From Lama guanicoe (taxonomy: Eukaryota), in contig MU053881.1 of assembly GCA_013239625.1 (NCBI GenBank), positions 10,282,873-10,346,872 on the forward strand: 64,000 bases of DNA, in the 5' to 3' direction. The position numbers and the translations under genes were made by a program. Position 1 is the first letter of the stretch, and each line of letters begins with the position of its first letter. The notes beneath the pieces were generated by a model, which made no database searches, had not been told where the DNA came from, and saw only the letters and a program-made list of their open reading frames with translations. Positions 1-11,240 of this stretch are shown here, in pieces.

Positions 1-243
1 TTTTTTTTAAAGGTTTTAAAAGCACGTCTCAACCCGATTAATACTCGGCTTCAACTCACTCTTCTATTATTCATTATACACTGTTTTCAAACCCTCTTTC
101 TCCCTTCTTTTAAAAATCTTTCTCTCTCTCTCTTATTCCTTCTTCTTTTCTAAGTTCTATTCATAAATAGGCATTAGATAGATAAAATCCTTAAGATCCA
201 AAATAGACAACTGATACTCCATAAACCACAGTGCCAGAGAGGT

Positions 244-1146
244 ATGAGCAAGATGAAGAAGTAGAGAAACCTTTCCCAATTAAAAGAACAAGAGGAATCC
301 CCTGAAAGAAAGCTCAATGAAATAGACATCGATAGCCTACTAGATCAAGATTTCAAAAAAGGAGTGATCAAATTGCTGAAGGAATTAAAAGAGATAATGC
401 TTAGAGAAATAAAATATGTCAAAAATGAAATTGAAGCTATAAAGAAGAGCCAAGCAAAATGGGAAAACTCATTGACAGAGATGAGGAATGATCTAACAGC
501 TGTGCAAAGCCGACTAGTTAATGCAGAGGAACGAATTAGTGATCTAGAAGACAGGGCAACAGAAAGCACCCATTCAGAAGAACTACAAGATAAGCAAATA
601 AAAAATAATGATAATAGCATAAGGGACCTATGGGATAATATAAAGCGTCCCAATCTTCGCATAATAGGGGTCCCAGAAGGGGAAGAAGGATCAAAGGGGA
701 TTGAAAAGGTTTTTGAAGAAATCATGACTGAAAACTTCCCAAACTTAAAGAAGGAATCAGATATCCAAGTACAGGAAGCTCAGAGGGTCCCAAACAGGAA
801 GAACCCAAATAGACCCACACCAAGACATATCATAATCAAGATGGCCAGAGTCAAGGATAAAGAAATGATTCTAAAGGCAGCAAGAGAAAAGCAAAGAGTG
901 AACTACAAGGGAACCCCCATAAGGCTCTCAGCTGATTTCTCTACACAAACACTACAGGCCAGAAGGGAGTGGCAAGATATATTCAAAGCCCTGAATGAAA
1001 AAAAGATGCAGCCTAGGATACTTTATCCAGCAAGGCTATCCTTTAGGATAGAAGGAGAAATAAAGAGTTTCACAGACAAAAAAAAGCTGCAGGAGTTTAG
1101 CAACACTAAACCCATGCTAAAAGAAATATTGAAAGGGCTATTCTAA
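244..1146 (+). pseudogene. L1 ORF1p (RNA-binding chaperone) with a premature stop at 262-264
   Basis: ATGs at 244 and 253 are in frame with the 364..1146 ORF: MSKMKK*RNLSQLKEQEESPE... The coiled coil and the NLRIIGVPE, TPRHII, ARREW and YPARLS motifs follow. The ORF-track start at 364 is a GTG. Confidence 0.9.
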
Positions 1147-1544
1147 ATAGAAAAGCAGCAGGATGCTACAGAAATGAGAAACGTACAACTGGAAAGGTGA
1201 TAACTCATGAATTACAAATAAAGAAAACACGAAATTATAAAAGAAGACATACAAATCACTGAGAGTGGGAGAGGGAGGCAGGGAAATATAGAATTTTTTT
1301 TCTTTCTTTTTTTAAATTTTTTTAACAGTAGGATGGGTTTGAGATCATGTTATTATCAGTTTATTAAAAACGGGTATAGGTTAATAGATTTACAAAAAAG
1401 GGTAACCACAAGTCAAAAATTTACAAGGGAGTCACAAAAATTAAATAAAATCCATGATAATACAAAGGAAAATTACCAAACCACAAAAGGAAGAAGAAAG
1501 GAACAAAGAGGATATACCAATTCAACTGCAAAGATAAGTTCAAA

Positions 1545-4500
1545 ATGGCAATAAACACACATCTATCATTAATTACTGTAAATGTTAATGGACTAAATGC
1601 TCCAGTCAAAAGACATAGAGTGGCAGACTGGATAATAAAGCAAGAACCTTCAATATGCTGCATACAAGAGACCCACTTTAGGGAGAAGGACACATATAGA
1701 TTGAGAGTGAAAGGATGGAAAAGGATATTCCATGCAAATGGAAAAGCCAAAAAAGCAGGTGTTGCAGTACTGATTTCAGACAAAATAGACTTTAAAACAA
1801 AGGCCATAAAGAAAGATAAAGAAGGACATTTTATAATGATTAAAGGAGTGATACAAGATGAAGATATTACACTCGTTAATATATATGCACCCAATATAGG
1901 AGCACCTAAGTACATACAAGAATTACTAACAGAGATAAAGGGGGATATTGATGGGAATACAATCATAGTTGGAGATTTTAACACTGCATTAACATCACTA
2001 GACAGATCTTCCAGACAGAAAATAAACAAGGCAACAGAGAAATTAAATACTACAATAGAAAAACTAGATTTGGTGGATATTTTCAGAGCATTACACCCCC
2101 AAAAAATAGAATATACATTCTTTTCAAGTGCACATGGAACATTTTCCAGGATCGATCATGTACTTGGACACAAAAGAAACCTCAACAAATTTAAGAAGAT
2201 AGAAATTATCTCAAGCATCTTTACTGACCACAATGCCATGAAACTGGAAATCAACAACAGAGAAACAAAGGAGAAAAAAAGAAAAGCATGGAGATTAAAC
2301 AATATGTTATTGAAAAAACAATGGATCAATGAGGAAATCAAAGCTGAAATTAAAAAATACCTTGAGACAAATGATAATGAAAGCACAACCACTCAAAACC
2401 TATGGGACACAGCAAAGGCAGTGCTAAGAGGGAAGTTTATAGCGATACAGGCCTTCCTCAAAAAAGAAGAACAATCTCAAATAAACAAGTTAACCCACCA
2501 CCTGAATCAATTAGAAAAAGAAGAACAAAAAGCCCCAAAAAGCAGCAGAAGGAAGGAAATAATAAAGATCAGAGAGGAATTAAATACAATAGAGATTAAC
2601 AAGACCATAGAAAAAATCAACCAAACCAAAAGCTGGTTTTTTGAAAAAGTAAATAAAATCGACAAACCTCTGGCCAAACTCACAAAGAAGAAAAAAGAGA
2701 GAGCACAAATTAGCAAAATAAGAAAGGAAAATGGAGAAATTACAACAAACAAAATAGAAATACAGAATATCATACGAGAATATTATGAAAAACTATATGG
2801 AACCAAACTGGATAACCTAGAGGAGATGGACAAGTTTCTGGAAACATACTGTCCACCAAAACTGAATCAAGAAGAAACTGAACACTTGAACAATCCGATC
2901 ACTAGAAAGGAAATAGAAATAGCAATTAAAAACCTCCCTACAAATAAAAGTCCAGGACCGGACGGCTTCACCGGGGAATTCTACCAAACATACAAAGAAG
3001 AACTCATACCAGTCCTTCTCAAACTCTTCCAGACGATTGAAAAGGAGGGAATACTCCCAAACTCATTCTATGAAGCCACCATCACCCTGATACCAAAACC
3101 AGGCAAAGACACTACAAAAAAAGAGAATTATAGGCCAATATCACTGATGAACATAGACGCCAAAATCCTCACCAAAATTTTAGCAAATAGAATCCAACAA
3201 CACATAAAAAAGATTATACATCATGACCAAGTGGGGTTCATCCCAGGGACACAAGGCTGGTTCAACATACGCAAATCAATCAATGTAATACATCACATCA
3301 ACAAGAGAAAGGACAAAAACCACATGATCATCTCAATCGATGCAGAAAAAGCATTTGATAAAATTCAACACCCATTTATGATAAAAACTCTCGCCAAAGT
3401 GGGTATAGAGGGAACATATCTCAACATAATAAAAGCTATATATGACAAACCTACAGCCAGCATAGTTCTCAACGGTGAAAAACTCAAAAGCTTCCCACTA
3501 AAATCTGGGACAAGACAAGGATGCCCACTATCACCACTCCTATTCAACATAGTCCTGGAAGTCCTAGCCACAGCAATCAGGCAAGAGAAAGAAATAAAAG
3601 GGATCCAAATTGGAAAAGAAGAGGTAAAAGTGTCATTATATGCTGATGACATGTTACTATATATAGAAAACCCTAAAAGGTCCACACAAAAGCTACTAGA
3701 GCTGATTGAAGAATTCAGCAAGGTAGCAGGTTACAAAATTAATGTTCAAAAATCAGTTGCATTTCTTTACACTAACGATAAATCAACAGAAAAAGAAAGT
3801 AAAGAAACAATCCCCTTTAAAATAGCACCCAAAGTAATAAAATATCTGGGAATAAATCTAACCAAGGAGGTGAAAGAATTATACACAGAAAACTATAAAC
3901 CATTGATGAAGGAAATTAAAGAAGACTTTAAAAAATGGAAAGATATTCCATGCTCTTGGATTGGAAGAATCAATATTGTTAAAATGGTCACACTGCCCAA
4001 GGCAATCTACAGATTTAATGCAATCCCTATCCAATTACCCAGGACATATTTCACAGAACTAGAACAAATCATAATAAAATTTATATGGAACCATCAAAGA
4101 CCTAGAATTGCTAAAGCATTACTGAAGAGAAAGAAAGAGGCTGGAGGAATAACTCTCCCAGACTTCAGACAATACTATAGAGCTACAGTCATCAAGACAG
4201 CATGGTATTGGTACCAAAACAGACATATAGACCAATGGAACAGAATAGAGAGCCCAGAAATGAACCCACAAACTTTTGGTCAACTCATCTTCGACAAAGG
4301 AGGCAAGAATATACAATGGAATAAAGACAGTCTCTTCAGCAAATGGTGTTGGGAAAACTGGACAGCAGCATGTAAAACAATGAAGCTAGAACACACCCTT
4401 ACACCATATACAAAAATCAACTCAAAATGGATTAAAGACTTAAACATAAGACAAGATACAATAAACCTCCTAGAGGAAAACATAGGCAAAACATTATCTG

Positions 4501-5342
4501 ACATACATTTCAAAAATTTTCTCCTAGAAGAAATAAAAGCAAGAATAAACAAATGGGACCTAATGAAACTTACAAGCTTCTGCAGAGCAAAGGAAACCAG
4601 AAATAAAACAAGAAGAAAACCTACGGAATGGGAGAAAATTTTTGCAAGTGAAACCGACAAAGGCTTGATCTCCAAAATATATAAGCAGCTCATACGACTC
4701 AATAAGAAAAAAATAAACAACCCAATCCAAAAATGGGCAGAAGACCTAAACAAGCAATTCTCCAAGGAAGACATACAAATGATCAAAAAGCACATGAAAA
4801 AATGCTCAATATCACTAATTATCAGAGAAATGCAAATCAAAACTACAATGAGGTATCACCTCACACCAGTCAGAATGGCCGTCATTCAAAAATCCAAAAA
4901 TGACAAATGCTGGAGAGGCTGTGGAGAAAGGGGAACCCTCCTACACTGCTGGTGGGAATGCAGTTTGGTGCAGCCACTATGGAAAACAGTGTGGAGATTC
5001 CTCAAAAGACTAGGAATAGACTTACCATATGACCCAGGAATCCCACTCCTGGGCTTGTATCCAGAAGGAAATCTACTTCAGGATGACACCTGCACTCCAA
5101 TGTTCATAGCAGCACTATTTACAATAGCCAAAACATGGAAACAGCCTAAATGTCCATCAATAGGTGACTGGATAAAGAAGAAGTGGTATATTTATACAAT
5201 GGAATACTACTCAGCCATAAAAACCGACAACATAACGCCATTTGCAGCAACATGGATGCTCCTAGAGAATGTCATTCTAAGTGAAGTAAGCCAGAAAGAG
5301 AAAGAAAAATACCATATGAGATCGCTCATATGTGGAATCTAA
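1545..5342 (+). CDS. L1 ORF2p: APE endonuclease, reverse transcriptase and Cys-rich C-terminus, 1265 aa, uninterrupted
   Basis: Endonuclease motifs NVNGLN, QETH, YAP, GDFN, RIDH and TDH; PIP-like QTKSWFF; RT motifs QGCPLSP and YADD; C-terminal CWRGC...HCWWEC. Confidence 0.98.
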   Translation: MAINTHLSLITVNVNGLNAPVKRHRVADWIIKQEPSICCIQETHFREKDTYRLRVKGWKRIFHANGKAKKAGVAVLISDKIDFKTKAIKKDKEGHFIMIKGVIQDEDITLVNIYAPNIGAPKYIQELLTEIKGDIDGNTIIVGDFNTALTSLDRSSRQKINKATEKLNTTIEKLDLVDIFRALHPQKIEYTFFSSAHGTFSRIDHVLGHKRNLNKFKKIEIISSIFTDHNAMKLEINNRETKEKKRKAWRLNNMLLKKQWINEEIKAEIKKYLETNDNESTTTQNLWDTAKAVLRGKFIAIQAFLKKEEQSQINKLTHHLNQLEKEEQKAPKSSRRKEIIKIREELNTIEINKTIEKINQTKSWFFEKVNKIDKPLAKLTKKKKERAQISKIRKENGEITTNKIEIQNIIREYYEKLYGTKLDNLEEMDKFLETYCPPKLNQEETEHLNNPITRKEIEIAIKNLPTNKSPGPDGFTGEFYQTYKEELIPVLLKLFQTIEKEGILPNSFYEATITLIPKPGKDTTKKENYRPISLMNIDAKILTKILANRIQQHIKKIIHHDQVGFIPGTQGWFNIRKSINVIHHINKRKDKNHMIISIDAEKAFDKIQHPFMIKTLAKVGIEGTYLNIIKAIYDKPTASIVLNGEKLKSFPLKSGTRQGCPLSPLLFNIVLEVLATAIRQEKEIKGIQIGKEEVKVSLYADDMLLYIENPKRSTQKLLELIEEFSKVAGYKINVQKSVAFLYTNDKSTEKESKETIPFKIAPKVIKYLGINLTKEVKELYTENYKPLMKEIKEDFKKWKDIPCSWIGRINIVKMVTLPKAIYRFNAIPIQLPRTYFTELEQIIIKFIWNHQRPRIAKALLKRKKEAGGITLPDFRQYYRATVIKTAWYWYQNRHIDQWNRIESPEMNPQTFGQLIFDKGGKNIQWNKDSLFSKWCWENWTAACKTMKLEHTLTPYTKINSKWIKDLNIRQDTINLLEENIGKTLSDIHFKNFLLEEIKARINKWDLMKLTSFCRAKETRNKTRRKPTEWEKIFASETDKGLISKIYKQLIRLNKKKINNPIQKWAEDLNKQFSKEDIQMIKKHMKKCSISLIIREMQIKTTMRYHLTPVRMAVIQKSKNDKCWRGCGERGTLLHCWWECSLVQPLWKTVWRFLKRLGIDLPYDPGIPLLGLYPEGNLLQDDTCTPMFIAALFTIAKTWKQPKCPSIGDWIKKKWYIYTMEYYSAIKTDNITPFAATWMLLENVILSEVSQKEKEKYHMRSLICGI

Positions 5343-5799
5343 AGACTCATGGACAGAGAATACAGACTTGTGGTTACCAGGGGGGTAGAGGGTGGGAAGG
5401 GATAGACTGGGATTTCAAAATTGTAGAATAGATAAACAAGATTACACTGTATAGCACAGGGAAATATACACAAAATGTTATGATAAATCACAGAGAAAAA
5501 AATGTAACAATGAGTGTGTATATGTCCATGAATGACTGAAAAATTGTGCTGAACACTGGAATTTGACACAACATTGTAAAATGATTATAAATCAATAAAA
5601 ATGTTATTATAAAAAAAATTAATAATTTCTATAATACCAGAAATACAAAGGAAAGATTTCGTAGAAAAATAGAAAATGAAGATTTTGCTAAGTAGGAGAG
5701 AGAAAGATATTTTTTGGCAAAAGGAGTTTGCATTGTAAGGCTTAAGTATGGAGTTCACCTCTTGAAGACTTGACCTCAAGTAAAATTTGCCATGTACAA

Positions 5800-6025
5800 T
5801 TTTTAAATTTTTTTTAAACTGGGGAATTTTATATGAATATTCAACTTCTCAGCTTTTCTTGAAAATTTAAAAGACCATCGTATACGGAGTCTGTCATTCC
5901 ATGTACCAAAGCTGAATTAGAACTCTGTGATGGTTGTCTCTTTTAAATGGCTTATCTGTTTCCCAGATTCAAATTCCTATTGATGCATATCTGAATCCTT
6001 TAGGCTTTTGAAATTTATGACCAAG
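5800..6025 (-). mobile_element. Degenerate hAT-Charlie (MER103-like) relic
   Basis: Resembles the consensus by eye (ggaattttatatgaatattcaacttctcagcttttcttgaaaa...gaaatttatgacc). Confidence 0.4.
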
Positions 6026-7140
6026 CCAGTTCATATATTAGAACTTGCCTACTTTTAATGCTAAACAGCACTGAACTCTTTAGAACTTGAGATTCTTGGC
6101 CAGTGGATGATATACCAAAATGACAGATTTTCCAAAGACTTCCTATATTGGGGAAGTCAATTACTGATAACAAGAAGGTGAATTTTGAATGTGAGGATCT
6201 GTCTTGATCACTGATTAGTACCTAAGTCAAAGTCCTAAGATCAATTTCCTTGGACAGAAGTTCACTTACTTGATCCACAGCCATCATTACAAATGGAGGA
6301 TTACCACTGAGCTATCATCTACAGTAGGAAAACAAATTTCAAAATGAAGTACTCAAACCAAGTAAGTTGTTTATACATGTTAATGTTCAAATTTCTCCAC
6401 AAATACAAAGAAAGTGAACAGAAAATATAAAGATAACTCCTGAATAAAACTCATACTTTCAAATGAATACAAAAAGGGGTTCCAAATGGGCAAAGATATG
6501 ACAAAGACAGCTCTATAAAAAGACAGTTCCTTATACTAAGTGCAGAAACATATCATGCAGAAAGGAAAAAAAAAAGTCTTTTGAATATTTATGTGACTTT
6601 GCCTGTAATCTTGAATACAATTTCCTCAACTAGTTCATTTTTATGAAATCATCAAATTCCACTAAGATATCTGAAACCAGAAGGGAAATTTAACTGGTGT
6701 CATTTGTCTGAATTTACAAAATGCATTTATTTATTCCTTTGGTATTTTAGGAGAAATGCAATGACTAGTGTGGTTTCTAAAGATGTAATACACATTTATT
6801 CAACTCCAGTTTTGGATAAATAATATGAAAATGTATTAATGGGACTATTTCTAGCATTTATTGGCATAGAATAAATGAGGATAACGTGTACGCTTTTAGG
6901 CAACAGGGTAACAGATTTCTGAAACTAAATGGTCAGGGAGGACTGTCATATTCTTTACTACTTTGTGTCCTTTCAGATGGATAAATTGTCTATGACTTTC
7001 TATTGAGTGCATATATTTTAATAGCCTTACTCTTTTTGGTGGTAGTTTTTGGTTGACATTTTGAACTGTTATTGCCATGAGAAAGAACAATGTCCTTAAA
7101 AGACAATATGTGAGTAATAGCACACAGACCTAGCCATCTA

Positions 7141-7530
7141 TTTCTATACAATTTTACTGTCATCATTTATATAGCATAAAATTACACATTTTAAGTGTAC
7201 AATTCAGAAACTTTTAGTAAACTTACTGAGTCTTGCAACTATCATCATGATCTAATTTTCACCCCAGTAAGATCCTTGAGCCTTTTTACAGCTAATCCAC
7301 GTGCCCACACCCAGCCCAGGCAGCCACTAATTGACTTCCTGTTGCACAGATTTGACTTTTCTAGAGATTTCATATAAATGGACTCATATGTTATATGATC
7401 TTTTGTGCCTAGCTTCTTTCACTCAGCATAATGTTTTTTGAGGTTCATTAAGTTTGCATTATATGTAAGTAGCTTGTTCTTTTTTATTATATGGATATAC
7501 CGTATTTTATTTACTCATCCACCAGTCTAA
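7141..7530 (-). mobile_element. Old L1M 3' end fragment
   Basis: Typical antisense L1M 3' text: aaattacacattttaagtgtacaattcag...ctagcttctttcactcagcataatg. Confidence 0.85.
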
Positions 7531-8855
7531 GCCTCTCTCCTTTTATTATTTTATTCACAATATTTAGAGAACTATTTTGTTGGTTCCATTTTAGAACGTT
7601 TCATTTGTAAACGGCAATCTTCCTGTTTCCCTGCTCTTGGAGAGGAGTATGAGACATACATCTGGACCCCATTTTAACTCAGAGCTGGCCAGGCCCTGAT
7701 GATTTTACATTTTATAAACTAGTTAACCAAACTACTTCCTAATTAAATGAATATAATTTAATTTTGAATACAAATTTTATTGGAGTGAAAAATCTTCCAA
7801 GACACAAAAAAGAATTTTTCTTGACAATGTCACACCAGCAAGACCAACAGCATGAGCCACAGGGAAGAGATGTGGGAAAAAAGAGTTACAAATGGAAAAA
7901 TCCATTAATAAAAAGAGCATGCTTAAAGATATTCCATTTTTCTAGCAGAGGTCAGAAGGAGCTGTTTTGTTCAGCAAAGCTTTAATGCTTCATGAACACA
8001 CAGAAAAGCTAATCCCAGGCGAGTTAAAAATGCCAAGTTCATGCAATGGCAAAAAGAAATGTTATACTGCTTATGGGTCTGTGTAGAGTAAAAAAAACAA
8101 GACATAAAATATTATGAAATATGTTGCTCTATATGCTAACAGGCTTTGGAAGAAGTTTCATTCTGTTTATAATCAAAATGCTGATACTGGCTGACATATT
8201 CTCCGAATGTGTAAACAGAGAGACGCAAAAGAAGGTGTGGAAGATTAAGCAGAGTGTTGTATAATTTATGAACCCCTGGAAAATGAGAGAGTATAACAGA
8301 AAACAACTGAGACTCATTATCTGTGTACATGGAAAAGGCAAAGTATCTGAGTAGCACTCAAATATATTTCCCTTGTGAGCCCAAATATACTTAATTTGCA
8401 GTTAGTTTTTTTTTTATAGTCCTACACTTTATGATTTTTAAATTTCAAAATATTTTCTACATATTCTGCCCTTTTCACTTTTTTTTTTTTAAAACAAAAG
8501 AAATTTTACTAAAAGGAAGTGAATACCCAAATCTGGATTCTTCCTTGATGGGTTTTTCAATGAAGCATCATGTCGGTGGTTTCATTTTCTCTGGGCCAAA
8601 TCTAAATTCTTAGCATTTGTAAGCAGTAAAACCTCTGCTTCATTAAACAAAGTCCTTGGAATACAAAATATCTCTGCACCCTAGGTCAAGGGCAGTCCTT
8701 CTGTCACAGCACTTGCTACTGAACTGCTAGAGAGAAAGAAAGAATGTCTCATGGAAGTAAAATAACAGTATCATTTCATGGATGTTTGGAAATAGTTTGT
8801 TTCTCTTAGCAGTTACTTTGCTTTGGGATCAAGAGTTTTGACACTTTATTTCTAA

Positions 8856-8857
<2 letters not shown>

Positions 8858-8888
<31 letters not shown>
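8858..8888. repeat. (AT)n microsatellite
   Basis: Seen directly in the sequence. Confidence 0.97.
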
Positions 8889-8892
<4 letters not shown>

Positions 8893-9159
8893 ATTCTCTT
8901 GTGTTTGAGGAAAAAATATATGTTATCTAGAAAGCTGCTTTTTAATTTTGGTCCTATTTTTATTCCAGAACTCTTTTAACATGGTGAGTATTACTGAAAG
9001 TTGCTAGATTTTGTTGGCCCACTCTAGAGTTCCTTGGTATGAGAATGTCAGTATATATAGCTCTCAAAATGGTCCAGCAAGACCTAGGGAAAGAGCACCT
9101 GGCAGAGATAACGTATATATTATTTCGAGATGCTATTCCTTCACTCAAAGGCTTTGGAA

Positions 9160-10140
9160 TTCATTAGTTCATTCATTTGTTCCACAAATATGTATTGAGC
9201 ATTTTGCTTTGTGCCAGACACTATTCTACACACAACTGAGGAGTAAAGAGCAAAGAAAAAAAAGAAATCCCTGCCTCACTGAGATTATACTTGAGAGAGA
9301 GAGCAACCAACGTATTATAGGTAAGTAAAATATATAGAAGGTTAAAGAGTGACTAATGATAAGAGAAAGAAATACACTAGGGAAAGGGAACATAAAATGT
9401 TGGGGTAAGGTGAAATGCTACATAGGGAGGCCTGGAGAGGGCTTTCTAAGAAGGTGAGGGGGTTGGCCTTGGGAATACCTACAGGGAAAGCATTAAATCA
9501 AAGAACAATGCCTAGGCTTCGAAGCAGGAATATGTTCAGTAAGTTCTAATTATTTCCAAAATCCAACCACAACTCACCACCCACTTTTCTACCACTCTGG
9601 TCCAGCCACGAACAATAACACGCTCCTCAATTCCTGCAAAGTCCCACACCTGGTCTCCTTACTTACTCAACGCCGAGATCCCCTTGGCTGTGGAGGGCAA
9701 GGGACTGAGTGGGGAAACTAGTCAGGAACTAGAACCCAGGGGAAGCTGCCTGATGGGATGCAAAGGAGCAGATGGGGATGGAACAGGAGTTCAGTTTTAG
9801 ATAAACCTCACGTAACTACTTGAGATACACATCAGATGTCCAGGTAGAGATGCAAGTCAGCAACTGGATGAGTGTGTCTTGAGTTCAGTTCACAAGTTTT
9901 GATGGAAGAAAGATGTTAGGAGTTATCAGTTTATAACTGGTATTTGAAGCCATAAGAGTAGGTAGATTATCTTGATAGCTAAGATAGGCAGAAAAAAAAA
10001 AATCGAGGTCCAGGGATTCAGTCCTGGACCTCTCCAAAACATAGAGGTCCAAGGGAAGGGAAGACGCCCACGAGGAAAATGACAAGGAGGAATGAGTACT
10101 GAGAGGAAAACCAGGCAAATGTGGGGATTTACAATCCATA
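9160..10140 (-). mobile_element. L2 relic; the ~9555-9680 piece appears to be in the opposite orientation
   Basis: L2 3' end text (ttcattcatttg...tattgagca...tgtgccagacact) and L2 core text (ggagttcagttttag, gtatttgaagccat). Confidence 0.7.
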
Positions 10141-10439
10141 AGGAGGCAGCCTTGTAGGTTTGCTTTCCAGTGCTGACTCCACCATCCCCATCACCTTCCC
10201 CAGTGGGGCTGAGCCCCAGGAGTTAGATCCATCTGGTCCCTAGTGGCTCAGGCCAACACAGAGTGCAGCTCTTGAACTCTTGTTAATTATCTGCATTCTA
10301 TCAATCACCTTGTCCTTTCTGTTTGGCTACTTCAGTGTTTCTCAAAATTATTCCCTTTTCTTCCTTTTCCTGCCATTGTCCCACTCGTGGCCACAATCAT
10401 CTAGGTTCAGGATAAGGAAAGAAGCCCCCATTCTTATCT

Positions 10440-10880
10440 GTGCCTCAACCCCTCCAGGCTTTCATCCCTTAAACCCACCCACCATGTGATCTTTTCAAAA
10501 TGTAAATCTAATAAATGAAAAGTCATTTAATCACTTTCCATTGATTTCAAGATCAAGGCTAAACTCAAGGCTCTCCACGATCTATATATGCCACTTTCTT
10601 CTCCAGGCTTCAGTCTCCCATTAAGGACCTCATATATTCTACCCATTTAATCCCAGTTTTGATTCCTTCAAACCATCAGTTCTATCCTCAAGACACAGTA
10701 CAAAGCTGTTCCCATGATGCAGAACAGCCCCGTCTCCAGCTGTGCCTAGATTACTCTTACTCATGTTTTAGTCTTGGTTTAAGTGTTGCTCCTTCCCTCC
10801 AGAACCCATCACTGACATTTCTTACCTGCTCTCTTCTGGGCTTCTTATTTCAGCAACCACAACTCTGATTTTGCTCTATC
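10440..10880 (+). mobile_element. L2 relic
   Basis: gtgatcttttcaaaatgtaaatct... and tactcatgttttagtcttggtttaagtg resemble L2. Confidence 0.55.
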
Positions 10881-11240
10881 ATTTTTATTGTAGTATAACT
10901 GGCATATAAAATTGTAAGATAAATAAGGTGTACATCATGGTGACTTGATGTATGTATGTGTTGTGAGAGAAACCTCCATCTGTTAATCAACACATCTGTC
11001 ACTTTACATGTTCACCTTTTGCATGTATGAGAGCATTTAAGTTTACTTTCTTAGCAAATTTCCAATTATACAACACAGTATTATCAACTGTAATCATCAC
11101 CTTCTACATTAGATCTTCAGAGCTTATTCATCTTATACCTGAAAGTTTGTACCATTGTACCCACCTCTTCCTGTTGCTCCCACACCCAGCCCTTGGCAAC
11201 TGCCTTTCTACTCAGTTTCTAGGGTTTGACTTTTTAAAAA
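10881..11240 (-). mobile_element. L1MA-type 3' end fragment
   Basis: tttattgtagtataactggcat...cttagcaaatttccaattatacaacacagtattatcaact...attagatcttcagagcttattc. Confidence 0.85.

Larger units (their letters stand above)
1..5618 (+). mobile_element. Young LINE-1, near full length; its 5' end lies upstream of the window
   Basis: Order is pyrimidine-rich 5'UTR tail (1-243), ORF1, 398-bp spacer, intact ORF2, 3'UTR, AATAAA at 5594-5599 and an A-tract at 5611-5618. Confidence 0.98.

Noticed and set aside
364..1146. 260-aa ORF1 as an intact CDS
   Set aside because: It starts at a GTG partway into the protein. The real start is at 244/253, upstream of the TAG at 262.
345..5569. Minus-strand ORFs of 65-202 aa across the young L1
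   Set aside because: These are antisense shadows of A-rich L1 coding sequence, rich in F/L/S/I, with no domain evidence.
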